Shown in pieces: positions 1-11,379 of a stretch of DNA of 64,000 nt; positions within the stretch are counted from its first letter, which is position 1, and each line of letters starts with the position of its first letter. The translations under genes were made by a program, and so were the position numbers. The DNA is taken from contig NW_003314276.1 of NCBI RefSeq assembly GCF_000143415.4, positions 943,135-1,007,134 of the forward strand. The letters are read 5' to 3'. The notes under the pieces were generated by a model. The model worked only from the letters and a program-made list of their open reading frames with translations, was not told the DNA's origin and made no database searches. This DNA comes from Selaginella moellendorffii. Its lineage: Eukaryota; Plantae; Lycopodiophyta.

Positions 1-725
1 TATAAGCAAGAAAGATTGTATCTTCCCTCTAAGGATCTTCAGCAATTATTTTTGCGGGAACATCATGATGTTCCGGCAGTGGGACATGGTGGGAAGCGCA
101 AGACTCTAGCTTCATTGAAAAAGTGATTTTTCTGGTCTGGTATGGAAGGTGATGTAGCGGATTATATCCGTTCCTACCCTATATGCCAGCAGTGTAAGCG
201 TAGAACTGAGAAGCAAGCTGGGAAGTTGCAGTGCATTCCAGCACCGGCATGGCCATTTCAGAGTGTGACACTTGATTTCATCACTTGCTTGCCGAAGTCT
301 AAGGGTTATGATACTTTGATGGTGGTTGTGGATTGGTTGTCGAAGATTGCACACTTCATTCCAACTGTGGGAACAGTGAATGCGAAACAAGCAGCAAAGC
401 TCTTTTTCCATGAAGTAGTGCGAGTTCGTGGTCTTCCTGAAAAGATGATCTCGGATAGAGATTCGAGGTTTACGGGGAAGTTTTGGGGCACACTGTTCTA
501 GCTGTTTGGTACCAAGTTGAAGTTTAGTACGGCTTATCATCCTCAGACTGATGGGCAGACCGAACGCGTGAATGCTCAAGTTGAGGATTATCTGCGGTAC
601 TATGTCGCGGCGGACCAACGTGACTGGGTTGAGCATTTGGATATAGCAGAAATCTGTTATAACAACACATTTCACAGCGCTATAGGCTGTTCTCCATGGG
701 AGATGCTGCAAGGGAATACCCAACT
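1..725 (+). mobile_element. Degenerate Ty3/gypsy integrase fragment, truncated by a later insertion
   Basis: HHCC zinc finger (HHDVPAVGHGG...CQQCK), core TLDFIT, SDRDSRFTGKFW and STAYHPQTDGQTERVN. In-frame stops at ~124 and 499-501. Confidence 0.9.
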
Positions 726-984
726 TGTGAATCAACTTGGGAGCCTCTTAGTAATCTTACCTATGCTCGTTAGCTTGTCACGGAGTATGAGAATAGTAAT
801 AAAACTTAGCTTTTGTAAATCTTGTAATAAATCTTGCAAATCAATAAGTAATCTATTTTTATAAATCAACGTATCGTTTCTCTCATTCATTAGTACTTGG
901 GTCAGTTTTGGCAGGCTGACTTCAGCACTTCGGTGCATGGGTCCAATCCATAACCATGGGGATAACTATTATAGACTGATCACA
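726..984 (-). mobile_element. Short LTR-like segment (~259 bp) with adjacent minus-strand polypurine tract
   Basis: Ends TGTGA...TCACA are inverted. 985-1002 reads GAGAGAGAGGCGGGGACT on the minus strand immediately before TG. Integrase homology stops at 725. Confidence 0.55.
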
Positions 985-1244
985 AGTCCCCGCCTCTCTC
1001 TCGATGCCTCATTTTTTAAAAGGGGCGTGGTCGTGTAAACAACTTAATCTGCCAGTTTATAGTAGTTGTCTAAATCTTCCCGACGGGGTTGATTTCTTGC
1101 TCAGGGGCAGTTGGGCCTCTGGCCTGCTCCCTATGTCCCTGCGGGCAGGGATGTATCATTCCTTTGTAAGCCGAGTGGTACTCGGAGTAGCAAGGGTGGC
1201 TAACTCTGTTAGTTATTTCCTTGTTGGTGACGGCCGGAGGGTGT

Positions 1245-3146
1245 TGTGAGACACAAAATCCCTAGGCCCCAAAGTGGAGCCGGAAAGGGTGCCACGTGGT
1301 AGTGGCCGAAGCGAAAGCCAAACGAGTGTAACACGTTTGGACTAAAAGCTCTGACTTGGAAGGTCGAGAGCGGGAGTGGAACTCCCAACAAAGTGCTCAA
1401 GGAGCGAGCAATAAGCAAGGCTCCAAAAGGGGACCCGAAAAGGACCAACACATGACACATGGAAGTGTCCGAGATGGAGTCCGAGGCAGACCCGAGTTGG
1501 AGTCCGAGATGGAGTCCGAGATGGAGTCCAATATGGAGTCCGAGATGGACCCGAAGTGGAGTCCGATATGGAGTCCGAGATGGAGTCCGAGATGGACCCG
1601 AAGTGGAGTCCGATATGGAGTCCGAGATGGAGTCCAAGATGGAGTCCGATATGGAGTCTAAGATGGACCCGAAGTGGAGTCCGATATGGAGTCCGAGATG
1701 GAGTCCGAGATGGAGTCCGATATGGAGTCCGATATGGAGTCTAAGATGGACCCGAAGTGGAGTCCGATATGGAGTCCGAGATGGAGTCCGATATGGAGTC
1801 CGAGATGGACCCGAAGTGGAGTCCGAGATGGAGTCCGAGATGGAGTCCGATATGGAGTCCGAGATGGACCGAGATGGAGTCCGAGATGGAGTCCGAGAAG
1901 GACCCGAGATGGAGTCCGAGATGGACCCGAGATGGAGTCCGAGATGGACCCGAGGTGGAGTCCGAGATGGAGTCCGAGATGGACCCAAGGTGGAGTCCAA
2001 GATGGAGTCCGAGATGGAACCGAGACCGGGACCGAGACCGAGACCGAGACCGAGTCCGAATCCGGGACCAAGACCGAGTCGGGGTCCGAGTCCGAGTCCG
2101 AGTCCGAGTCCAAATACTAATACAGGCAGTTGGGTGAAAGCCCAAAGCGATCGTCCCTCAGGGGGGACGGGGGGGGGGGGGCTGCGGGGGGTTCCAAAAG
2201 TATAGTAGGGAGAGTGTGGGGGTTAGAGCCCAGTGGAGCCAGTTTGGCCAGGAAAGGCTAGTTTGGACTAGGAAGGCCAGACCTAGTGTTGGGTGATGAG
2301 CTGACCACTGGGAAGTCCAAGACTAGAGTGAACACGGACCGACAAGCGGGGTAGCTTGGTGAGGTGTTCAAGAGCCGGCTCTAGTTCCCCCGGGAGATCG
2401 ACTGGCCGATGCTCCCAGTCCAAGTGTGGGTGGCACTACCTACTTGGATACCCGGTGTGGCTCAACGGAACCTCGCTCTAAGCCCATAGCTAGAGCACCC
2501 AAGGGCGGAAGGCGGGGAGAGTACCCAGGTGGCTCGCGTAAGACCACGGTGTTCCGAAATGTTGTCCGAAAGGCCCAGACTGTGGAAAGGAAGAGGAGCA
2601 GTCCTCTGGGGCAGTGACCAAGGACGCAGTCGTGTGGTGAGGAAGTCCCAGAGGGCCGTGGGACTTAGGGATCGGGCCTGTGCGCCTCGATCCAGTGGCA
2701 GTGTTGGCAAACATGGCCAAGGGCAGAAAGGGACTTAGTGGGGACTGACAGAGGGATATTGGGGAAGGCTATTCCCCTTGTCAGTGGGCATCCTAAGGAT
2801 GCTAAGGAGTGGATCTGAGATGACCACTCACTGATGGTTTGCCTAGTCTTGGAGAGCCAAGACTGTGATGCAAGTGGTATTGGACTACCAGTGTGGCAAA
2901 GGTGATTGGGCATGGCCTTAGCGTAACAAGCTGCCATGTCGGTGGTACCTTTGAGTGTCGGTCATGGGATCGGACACGTGGAGCACTTGGACCAAGTGCA
3001 AATGTTGAGTGGCATGGATGCCATTCTCGGGGCTAGCAAGTCCCAAGTCCTGAATTGGACTTATGGAGGTTGTGAATGAGACTCCTCCAAGTGGTCGAAG
3101 GTGTGGTTAAGTGACTAAAGTAGAATGGAAAATTTAGTCGCTTACA
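1245..3146. mobile_element. Solo LTR (~1.9 kb) with 5-bp target-site duplication
   Basis: Starts TGTGAG, ends CTTACA, flanked by GGTGT on both sides (1240-1244, 3147-3151). A diverged copy lies at 13283-14744. Confidence 0.9.
1470..2112. repeat. 12-bp minisatellite (ATGGAGTCCGAG and variants) grading into GAGACC/GAGTCC hexamers
   Basis: Directly visible tandem units; source of the repetitive WSPR/MESE/DGVR ORFs. Confidence 0.95.
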
Positions 3147-3322
3147 GGTGTCTGAGTCTTAACATCTTTAGACGTAGAGGAGAGGTCATTCCATAACTCA
3201 TTTAAGTCGGTGTGTTTCCCATATAGTGTGCTTTCCGTTAACTTTCGGAGTTGTTTCCTTGACGGTTTGTTAGACTAGGGTATGCATCAACGAGGACGTC
3301 GATCTTCCCCAAGGGGGGGAGA

Positions 3323-3965
3323 GTGTCGCGAATGTGACTTTGGGTATCGAAAGATACTTGTCAACCGGTCCTTATGGACACTCTTTCCTTACTGCCATGA
3401 CGGCAGGAGATCGGTACAGTTGGATCCCTTTAGTAGCCCCTCTTGTGCTAGTGGAGTTAACTGGGCATTTCGAGTGTACTTAGACCGGACGAGCATAAGG
3501 ATGGAATTCCTACGTGCTATTAGTTAAGCATACTTAGCCCGGTAAGGAGTTCCCGTCTCGTTATGTCTTGCACTGGCTAGTGACAAGAACCCTCGCATAT
3601 TGAGATTAGTCCCTCAATATCGTCAAATGATAGCTTACCGTGTCTGCCAAACACCCTCGCTATCATTGCCTTTGTGTTAGTCTCATTTCGGTCCCAAATG
3701 CTATTTATGGAAAGTGTCTAGATTTACTCATTTGGCATATCTACGGAATGTAGAGGTCGGCCTGAACACAATGGTGTTCATCCCGTGTCCAAATTCGCAA
3801 TCTAGCGCCATTCCATATTTAGTAAGTTTCGAGCTTGTCCCAGAGACTAACTCCTGGTACTAAGGGAGGCTTGGGGTGAAAGCCCAAAGTGTGTGTTCCT
3901 CAAGAGGGGGGGGGGGGGGGGGGGGTGCTGTGGGGGGTTCCAAATGTATAGTAGGGATAGTGGTT
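3323..3965. repeat. LTR-derived dispersed repeat, copy 1 (in the sequence the solo LTR inserted into)
   Basis: Colinear with 5601-6245, e.g. CTAAATGCTATTTATGGAAAGTGTCTAGATTT-like block and CCTGAACACAATGGTGTTCATCCCGTGTCCAAATTC. Confidence 0.8.
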
Positions 3966-5600
3966 GGAATGCATGTCTAACCACCTAAGATATTAGTTTG
4001 GCTCCCACTAGGCTGTGTTGCTCCTTGTTCTGCGTCCGGCTTGGGTCTAAGCCCAAGCTCCACGCTGCTGTGTAGTCAGTGGAGTACCCTCCTCCTCGCG
4101 TTAGGCCACCGGTATGCCAAAATTGTGCTAGACTCCATCTGACACCATTTTGCGTGCAGGTGCTGGATACAAGGAGCTGGTGCTCGTGGGATTGTACCAG
4201 ACCCTCATTTCGTAGCGCAAAGGGCTTGGAGTTCGGCTCCAAATTCAGGTGCGCTACACATGTGAGCCACAAGTATAACATAACCCCATGCACTCTTCAT
4301 TTTTTTCCTTGGATTCCTTTGACTCATTTTTGTTTCACTGTGCTAGATTCTCTCACCGCTTGTGGCTGCAATGCACATCTATGCCGATAACAATTGGCAA
4401 TCTTTATCTTGTCGTAGTGGATGCTGTGGCAGTTGGTCCAAAGTCATTGGTGGCATATCGTCTACGACACCCTTGGTCCCCCAACCATTCACCACAACCC
4501 TTGTTACCAAGTGGATTGCAATCCCAAAGACCTAACATTTACACTTGTATGGCTGGAAAAGAGAGCCATTAGTGAAGGTGACGAAACTTGATGGCAATAG
4601 ACCTCAGAATGTCTCATATGGGGTGGCTTATACTCTAGCATTTCTTTCGAACCCGGTACAACCCAACATGTGATTCTACTACTCCAAACCTCAGGAATCC
4701 ATCCATGACCAACCCAGGAGCATTTGTGTGGCATGCAAGGCAATCCAATGGTGATGAGGCCCATGTCAAGTTTGCAAAATTTGGCCTCAACTTTATTTGG
4801 CTTTGCTACTGGCCTCCTCAAGCATCATGGGGAGCTATAGCAAACAAGGCCAATGGCAACCAGGCAACTATAATCTGCCTATATAATGTTATAGAGCATC
4901 TTACTAACAAACATTGGCTAAGTTATCAAAAGCAAGCCCAAGCACTCGAGGAAAAGGATGTTTGCAAATATAAGTCATTATCTTCTTTAAGTCCACTCCT
5001 CACAAATATATGTTGTGGTCCTTGCAATTGTAGCTACTATAAATGCCTTGACTGCAGATGGTGATCCCTTGAGGATAGCCATTTCTCCCAAGGCCAACTG
5101 TGCAAGAACCAAACCAAGATAAGAATAATGAAGAAAAAGACTCTGCAGATGAAGAAGACATTCTTTCATTGCCAAAAGAAACTCTCCCCACACAGGACAA
5201 TACACACATTACAAAAATGAAGAACAAGGTGATGGTGGGGATGAACTATGCCAAGGTCTCTAGAGACATCCTTGTCACCAGAGGTAGTGGCTCTAGGTTA
5301 TACAGTTGGTAAGAAGTATCAACACAAATGAATATTGCTTTCATTGCCTCCACCCCCCTTTCTAGAGGGAAGTAACTCCATTCTTTTTACTCTTATAGAG
5401 TTGCTTGACAACTTTACTATAGTAGAGTAAGATAATTGAAAATTGTGCCATTTGAAATTGAACTAATGTTTACATGTAGATTGCTAGAGTGTCAACAACA
5501 ATGGATTGATGCCACTAATGCATTTAATTAAGCTATTCAGCTAACCACTCAAGATAATGCCAACTTTATCATGCTGTAATATAAAGAGGTTTCTGCCTTA

Positions 5601-6245
5601 GTGTTGTGAATGTAACTTTGGGTATTGAAAGTTACCTGTCAGTTAGTCCTTTCGGATATTCGTTCCTTACTACCACAACAGTAGGAAGTTGGTATTGTTA
5701 GACCCTTTATCAGTCCCTCTTGTTCAAATATTAGTAAATTGGACTTTGCATCTATACTTGGCTAGACAAGCATAAGGAAGGAATTCCTAAGTGTCTATTA
5801 AGCCAAGCATACTTGGCCCGGCTTGTTAGTTCTCTTTTGTTTTGTCTTGCACTGGCTTGACAAGAACCGTCACGTATTGAGACTAGTCCCTCAATATTGC
5901 TGGATGATAGATTACCGTATCTGGCAAACACCTTCACTATCATGCCCTTTGTGTTAGTCTCATTCCGATCCTAAATGCTATTTATGGAAAGTGTCTAGAT
6001 TTGCTCATTTAGTATATCTATAGAATGTAGATATTGTCCTGAACACAATGGTGTTCATCCCGTGTCCAAATTCACAATCTAAGGACATTCAATTTAATAT
6101 TTAATAAGTTTCAAGCTGGTCCCAAAGACTAACTCTCGATACTAATGGTGGCTAAGGGTGAAAGCCCAAAGTGTGTGTTCCTCGGGGGGGGAGGGGAGGG
6201 GGGGGGATATAGGGATAGTCCAAATGTATAGTAAGGATAGTGGGT
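5601..6245. repeat. LTR-derived dispersed repeat, copy 2
   Basis: Diverged copy of 3323-3965, differing largely by transitions. Confidence 0.8.
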
Positions 6246-7961
6246 AGGTTGGAGGAGCTTTGGTGTGGGAAGAAGCCATAATAGATGTAGGCAGGCCACA
6301 TGCAAAAGCCATTAAGGAGGATATTCACCAGATTCCAAGATAGAGAAGGAGCTACATATTAGCATCCTAGGATGCTAGTGCATTCTAAGACATTGCAACA
6401 AGAAAAGTGGGACTTGGTAAATTAAGTTTAAAGCATAAGTTTTATATGCTCTTCATTTCTATATGCACAGGCTGTCTTTGTGGGTTGGTTACTATTCCAA
6501 GCGTTTGAATGTAATGCATAAGTATCTTGCAGATGTACAATTGCAACATTGGTAATGCAGCCGGAGAGGTTTTGGACAAGAATGACTTATGATTTGCCTA
6601 AAGAGGACTATATAAGATGGACCTCAATGCATGTACACCACATATCTAGAATGCATTCAACCAATTGTGAGATGTATCAGGCCTAAAGGAGGAGGGCAAT
6701 TGGTGCAAGTCTGTGGATTCTATCCTAGAAAAACCAACAATTATTGACTACAATGCAATGCTTGAGTTTAGACTCACCAAACTTGGTGAAGGTTATGAGC
6801 AAGTTGTGGAGGCATGCATGGTTATAGTGGTCTAGCATTACCTATTCATTAAACCAAATATAGTGGGAGACTTACTCCGAGATAGCTTCCAACACTCAAT
6901 GCATATGGAAGCTCATTAAAGGCTTTATAAGAGTCCAGCATTGCTAAGTGGGCTTTCACTCATTAGGACAGATGCTTTGTTACAAGTCTTCTGAGTAAGG
7001 ACAATCATTCCTTTTATAGTATTCATCAATTACCTGGTCTTTGATTAGGATTTTGGAGAGAACTTCCACAGCTAGATTGTGGACATCATCTGAGGTAATT
7101 ATTTACTTTCATAAACAACTAAAAATCTTGTATGTTTAAGCATTTTATAGATATAAGCCCAAGAGAGTTATCCAAGTTCCATCACTTCATAGTTGATTCA
7201 CTAGAGTTCCAACTAAGAAAGCTTATTTGGAAAGGGAAGGAAACTTCTCGTATGCATGGGAGAACCTGGGAAATTGAGCATACAATGTACCTTGTCTCTC
7301 AACTTAATGTACCTATCAATGGAGTGGACTAAACACAAGATCCATTAAGCACTTCAGAATCCAAAAAGATTGTATGGATTGGGTTGATGTTGTGAAAGTA
7401 CTGTAATCTAGACACTTTCATAATAAAAATAGATAATTGTTTTGAAAATATATATTTCTTTGACACTTTGAAAGATTCAACTTAATTCATTAACAAAGCT
7501 AAAAGTGAGGATATTTAAAATATTCCACAATTGCCCATTATAGGCACTTGTGGCCCTTGGTACCCTTCTAGCTTATGCTTGCCTGCCAAACATGTAGTGT
7601 GAGTGAAATATGCCATTGTAATTTACACCATTTTAAATTGCACACCATAACACACTACCTCAAATGAATGTAATGGTTGGCCAGACCTTGCAAAAGAAGA
7701 TGATGGGCACGGTATGGAAGCTTGACAAGCACCAAGTTGCTTACAAGTGGATCTCTGATGCAAAAAGAAGAAAAAAAACAAAGAAAATTTGTAAGTTACC
7801 ACATGGTAAACCATAATTGGCTAAGCAATATATTACTTATTTCTGTTTTTGTTTTTTTTCAGAGTAGTCCATTATGGTATGAATTACAAAGCAATGTAAT
7901 AGAACCCAGAGCGCAGGGGTGCCACTAATCCAAAGATTGATAGCTTTGGTGATTCGGACAC

Positions 7962-9685
7962 TCAGGTCCTCTGCCATGAGAATTTGGATTTGCCCCAGAG
8001 CATCACGTAGACCAGCGCCAGCAAAATGGGAACTTCCAGGAGAGGTCCCATGGTCGCAGCCAGTGCCTCGGATGAGTCTATGCCAAAGACTCCCACAGCC
8101 ACTGCGATGGCGAGCTCGAAATTGTTGCTCGACGCCGTGAACGCCTGCGTGACCGACTGCTCATACGACACCTTCATCAGCAGGCACAGCCCCACGGTCG
8201 CGGCAAACACGATTCCAAAGTAAATCGCCAGCGGCACCGCCACCCTCGCCACCTTGTCCAGATTCCCCACAATGTGGTGCGCCTGGAGAGAGAACATGAC
8301 GAAGATGGTGTAGAGCAAACCCAGCAGCGCGAAGGGCCCGATGATTGGCAGGAACTTAGTCTCATACCACCGCTTCCCCAGGCTGGAGCACAAAACTGCT
8401 CGCGTGATCATCCCTGCCGCCAGTGGAGCTCCCAGGAACAGAAGCACACTCTTGGCGACTTCCCACATCCCAACGTGAATCCCAGTGTCCCGCGAGAGGA
8501 CCTCGAGGAAGAAGAGCGAGAGTGGTCCATAGAGGATGATCTGGAGCAGCGAGTTGAAAGCTACGAGGATGGCACAGAGCTCCGGATCACCCTTTGCGAG
8601 ATCGTTCCACACCAGAACCATGGCTATGCAGCGAGCGATCCCGACGAGTATGACACCTCTCCTGTATCCTGGCAAGTCTGGAAGCGTCGCCCAGGCGAGG
8701 CCTGTCATGAGCGCCGGGCATAGCAGCCAGTTGAGGAGGAAACTCAGCGCCAGGCTCTTGACCAGAGCGCCCCCGGCAAGCATCTTTCCCAGGAGCTCGT
8801 AGCGGACCTTGCACAGGACTGGATACATCATCACCCACAGGCCAACCGCGATTGGGAGCGAGACGGAGGCGATGGTTGCGACTTGGAACGCATCTCTGAC
8901 GCTCTTGACGTAGTATCCGACCAGAACAGCCGAGACCATCACGGCCAGGATCCAAACGAAGAGGTAGCGGTCCAGGAAAGAAAGCTTTGCATAGACCGCT
9001 TCTTCTTTCTCTGTGAGGAAACACAGGAAAGACGTCAAACTTCTATCAAGCAACACCGAGAGACGAAGACCCACAACTCAGTTCTTCGCCCAAATAATCA
9101 TTCGCTTACCGGGTTTCTTCGAGATCTCACAGGAGACTTTGTCTCCATTAGCGAGCACGATCCAAGTTTCTGGGCTCTCGGTCAGCACCTGAGCACGTGA
9201 AAGGAAAAGAATCAAAACAGTTGAGAATCGCACTTAGAAAAGAAAAGAAAACCTGTGGGTCGCATTTGCAATAGGCAGTGACGAGCCCTTTGGTCTCTTT
9301 CACGCCATGAGCAGGAACATCGCCAGTGGATTCCTCGTCAGCGCTAGCAAATCGACATCGTAGGCCGGACGTTGCCAGTAGCGCGACAGCGGACCTGCAA
9401 ATAACCTCTACCTCCATTTCAAACGACCTAATCTGTGAGGAAGAAAATATCTCGAGCTTACATTGTGGTTTGGTCAACCAATCCTTCCGGATTTTCCTCC
9501 AAATCGTGCCAGGATTCGGGGCTTGCCAGGTACTCGTTCTCGTCGATCATCCCGGGGCGGCGAGGATGCACAAAAACACATTCTCGTTGGGTTTCTCTCC
9601 CATCTCCCGGACAAACAAAACAACGCGGCCCACATCGCTCCGATCCACCAGGCCGTGAGTGACGAAAGCGATAATCGTATTCCAT
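7962..9685 (-). CDS. ACR3: ACR3-family arsenite efflux transporter; proposed exons 9685-9462, 9394-9253, 9188-9110, 9010-7962 (~497 aa)
   Basis: Family motifs LSFLDRYL, MMYPVLCKVRYE, GIARCIAMVLVWNDLAKGD, SNNFELAIAVA, GPLLEVP; about 10 hydrophobic segments. Three GT-AG introns (67, 64, 99 nt) keep frame. The core is certain; the 5' exons are inferred. Confidence 0.92.
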
Positions 9686-10479
9686 TTCTGTCACAAATCC
9701 ATTTTAATCGCTACAACAGCAACATGGATGTTGTGTGTGACAATGCGACTGACTTTTCTTTTTCTTGCTTGCAGTCAGCGACTTGAACCACCTGATTTCG
9801 GCGACCATGAGCGGCGTCAAATGCTCTCTTTGATTCCCTTTTGGACTTCACGGTCCAGGGGTCAGCAGTATAGCACGCTGACCGCGCCAGAGCTCACTCA
9901 GCAGATGTAGGACAGTGCCCCCTGCAATGTTCTAATAATGAAAAACACGAATGAACGTATATAACGTTTATCATAATTTTTATTGATTATAATTATTAGT
10001 TCATTAATACTAATTATTATTATTATTGAGCTAGTTCATTGTTTCTTTCAGTCCTTCCTTGATTTGCAGTTCTTGCCTCAAATTGATTCAGCAGCTCTTA
10101 AGATTTTTATTATCAGCTGGTTCATTGTTTATTTTGGTTCTTCCTAGGTTGGATCTCTCTAGCAAAGGCATTTTCAAACCCTACCACAATTCAGAGGACC
10201 TAGGTCTGGTATTGTTAATGTTAATGTTATTTGATTGTTATTATCCATGGAATATGCCCTCTAACATTAAATTTGATGCACAAATGTTCTCAACCTTTAT
10301 TTTGTTTCACACATAGTTAAGTTAACAAGTAATGATTAAAAACCTCTTCCTCCAAATGGAATAGTTTTTTATAATTTTCTTCATCATCCTCATATCGCAA
10401 ATTTTGCAACTTCTTGGTATTCTACTTATTATTATTGACTATTCTTCTTGCTCACCACAATGATGATTCAATATATGAT

Positions 10480-10960
10480 GTTTATTCCCATCCTATCCAC
10501 AATGATCATTATGATAATTCTTGACTAAAAGACTCTTCAAATGCTTGTGAAACTTGTGTTTATCATATCAAGTTAATGAGATGAGCTACACCATAAAGCT
10601 CCTCTAAACTCTTGTAAGTTGGGAATGATACAACTGTTGCCTCATACTCTCACTATGAAGACTATTAATGAAACAAGACTTTTTTCAATCTAGATATTTC
10701 ATTGAAACACAACTAATTAAGTGAGTAACCTTCTCAAAATAATTTTCAAATGTCATTTTCCCTTATTGAAAATGTCGAAGTTCCATACAAGCATTCTCCA
10801 CATCATAATAAGGGGTAAAAATGTAAACAAAAAGTAGTCTCAAACTCATCCATGATATATATTGATGGGTTTAAATCTGACACACTAGACTCCTTAAATT
10901 AATTCTACCATAAAAAACCTATATCACACAAAATCATTAAAATTGCCACTAAAGCCTCTA
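10480..10960. repeat. Decayed dispersed repeat, probably a TE remnant (copy at ~16590-17040)
   Basis: Shared blocks ACTCTCACT.TGAAG.CTAT.AAT, GTCTCAAA.TCATCCAT and ATCACACAAAAT.ATT.AAAT.GC.ACTAAA.CCT. Confidence 0.6.
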
Positions 10961-11379
10961 TGTTTTGAATTCTATTATAGTGGATTAACTTAGCATTTCA
11001 ACCTTTTTAGGTGATGGTAGCATAAATGAGTATTTGGCTTAGCTAGCCAATATAAAAAAATTCTTGGCTACAAAAAGTTTTACTTAAAGCACCACTAGCC
11101 TTGAGTGCCTTAATATGCCCATACATTAAAGCTCTCCTCTTACTTCTTTTGCTAATTTTTGTTGAGTGCTTACATCTCATGAATAACATCATGGTTAATC
11201 CAAACCTTTGCAACTCCATTGACACTACCATCAGCCCACCTTCAACATTAGGATTTTAGCATTCATCTTAGACAAAAAGAATGAGTGTTCTTTAGAATTT
11301 GAATTCAAGACACTCTTGAGCTACTTGTTATTTATTCATAATTTAGGGGACAAAAAACATGTGAGGAAGAAGCAACAAT

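Noticed and set aside
1470-2112. CRISPR-like array
   Set aside because: Contiguous units with no unique spacers, no cas genes, eukaryotic context.
1209-2205. Many long overlapping ORFs (WSPR/MESE/DGVR repeats)
   Set aside because: By-products of a stop-poor minisatellite inside an LTR.
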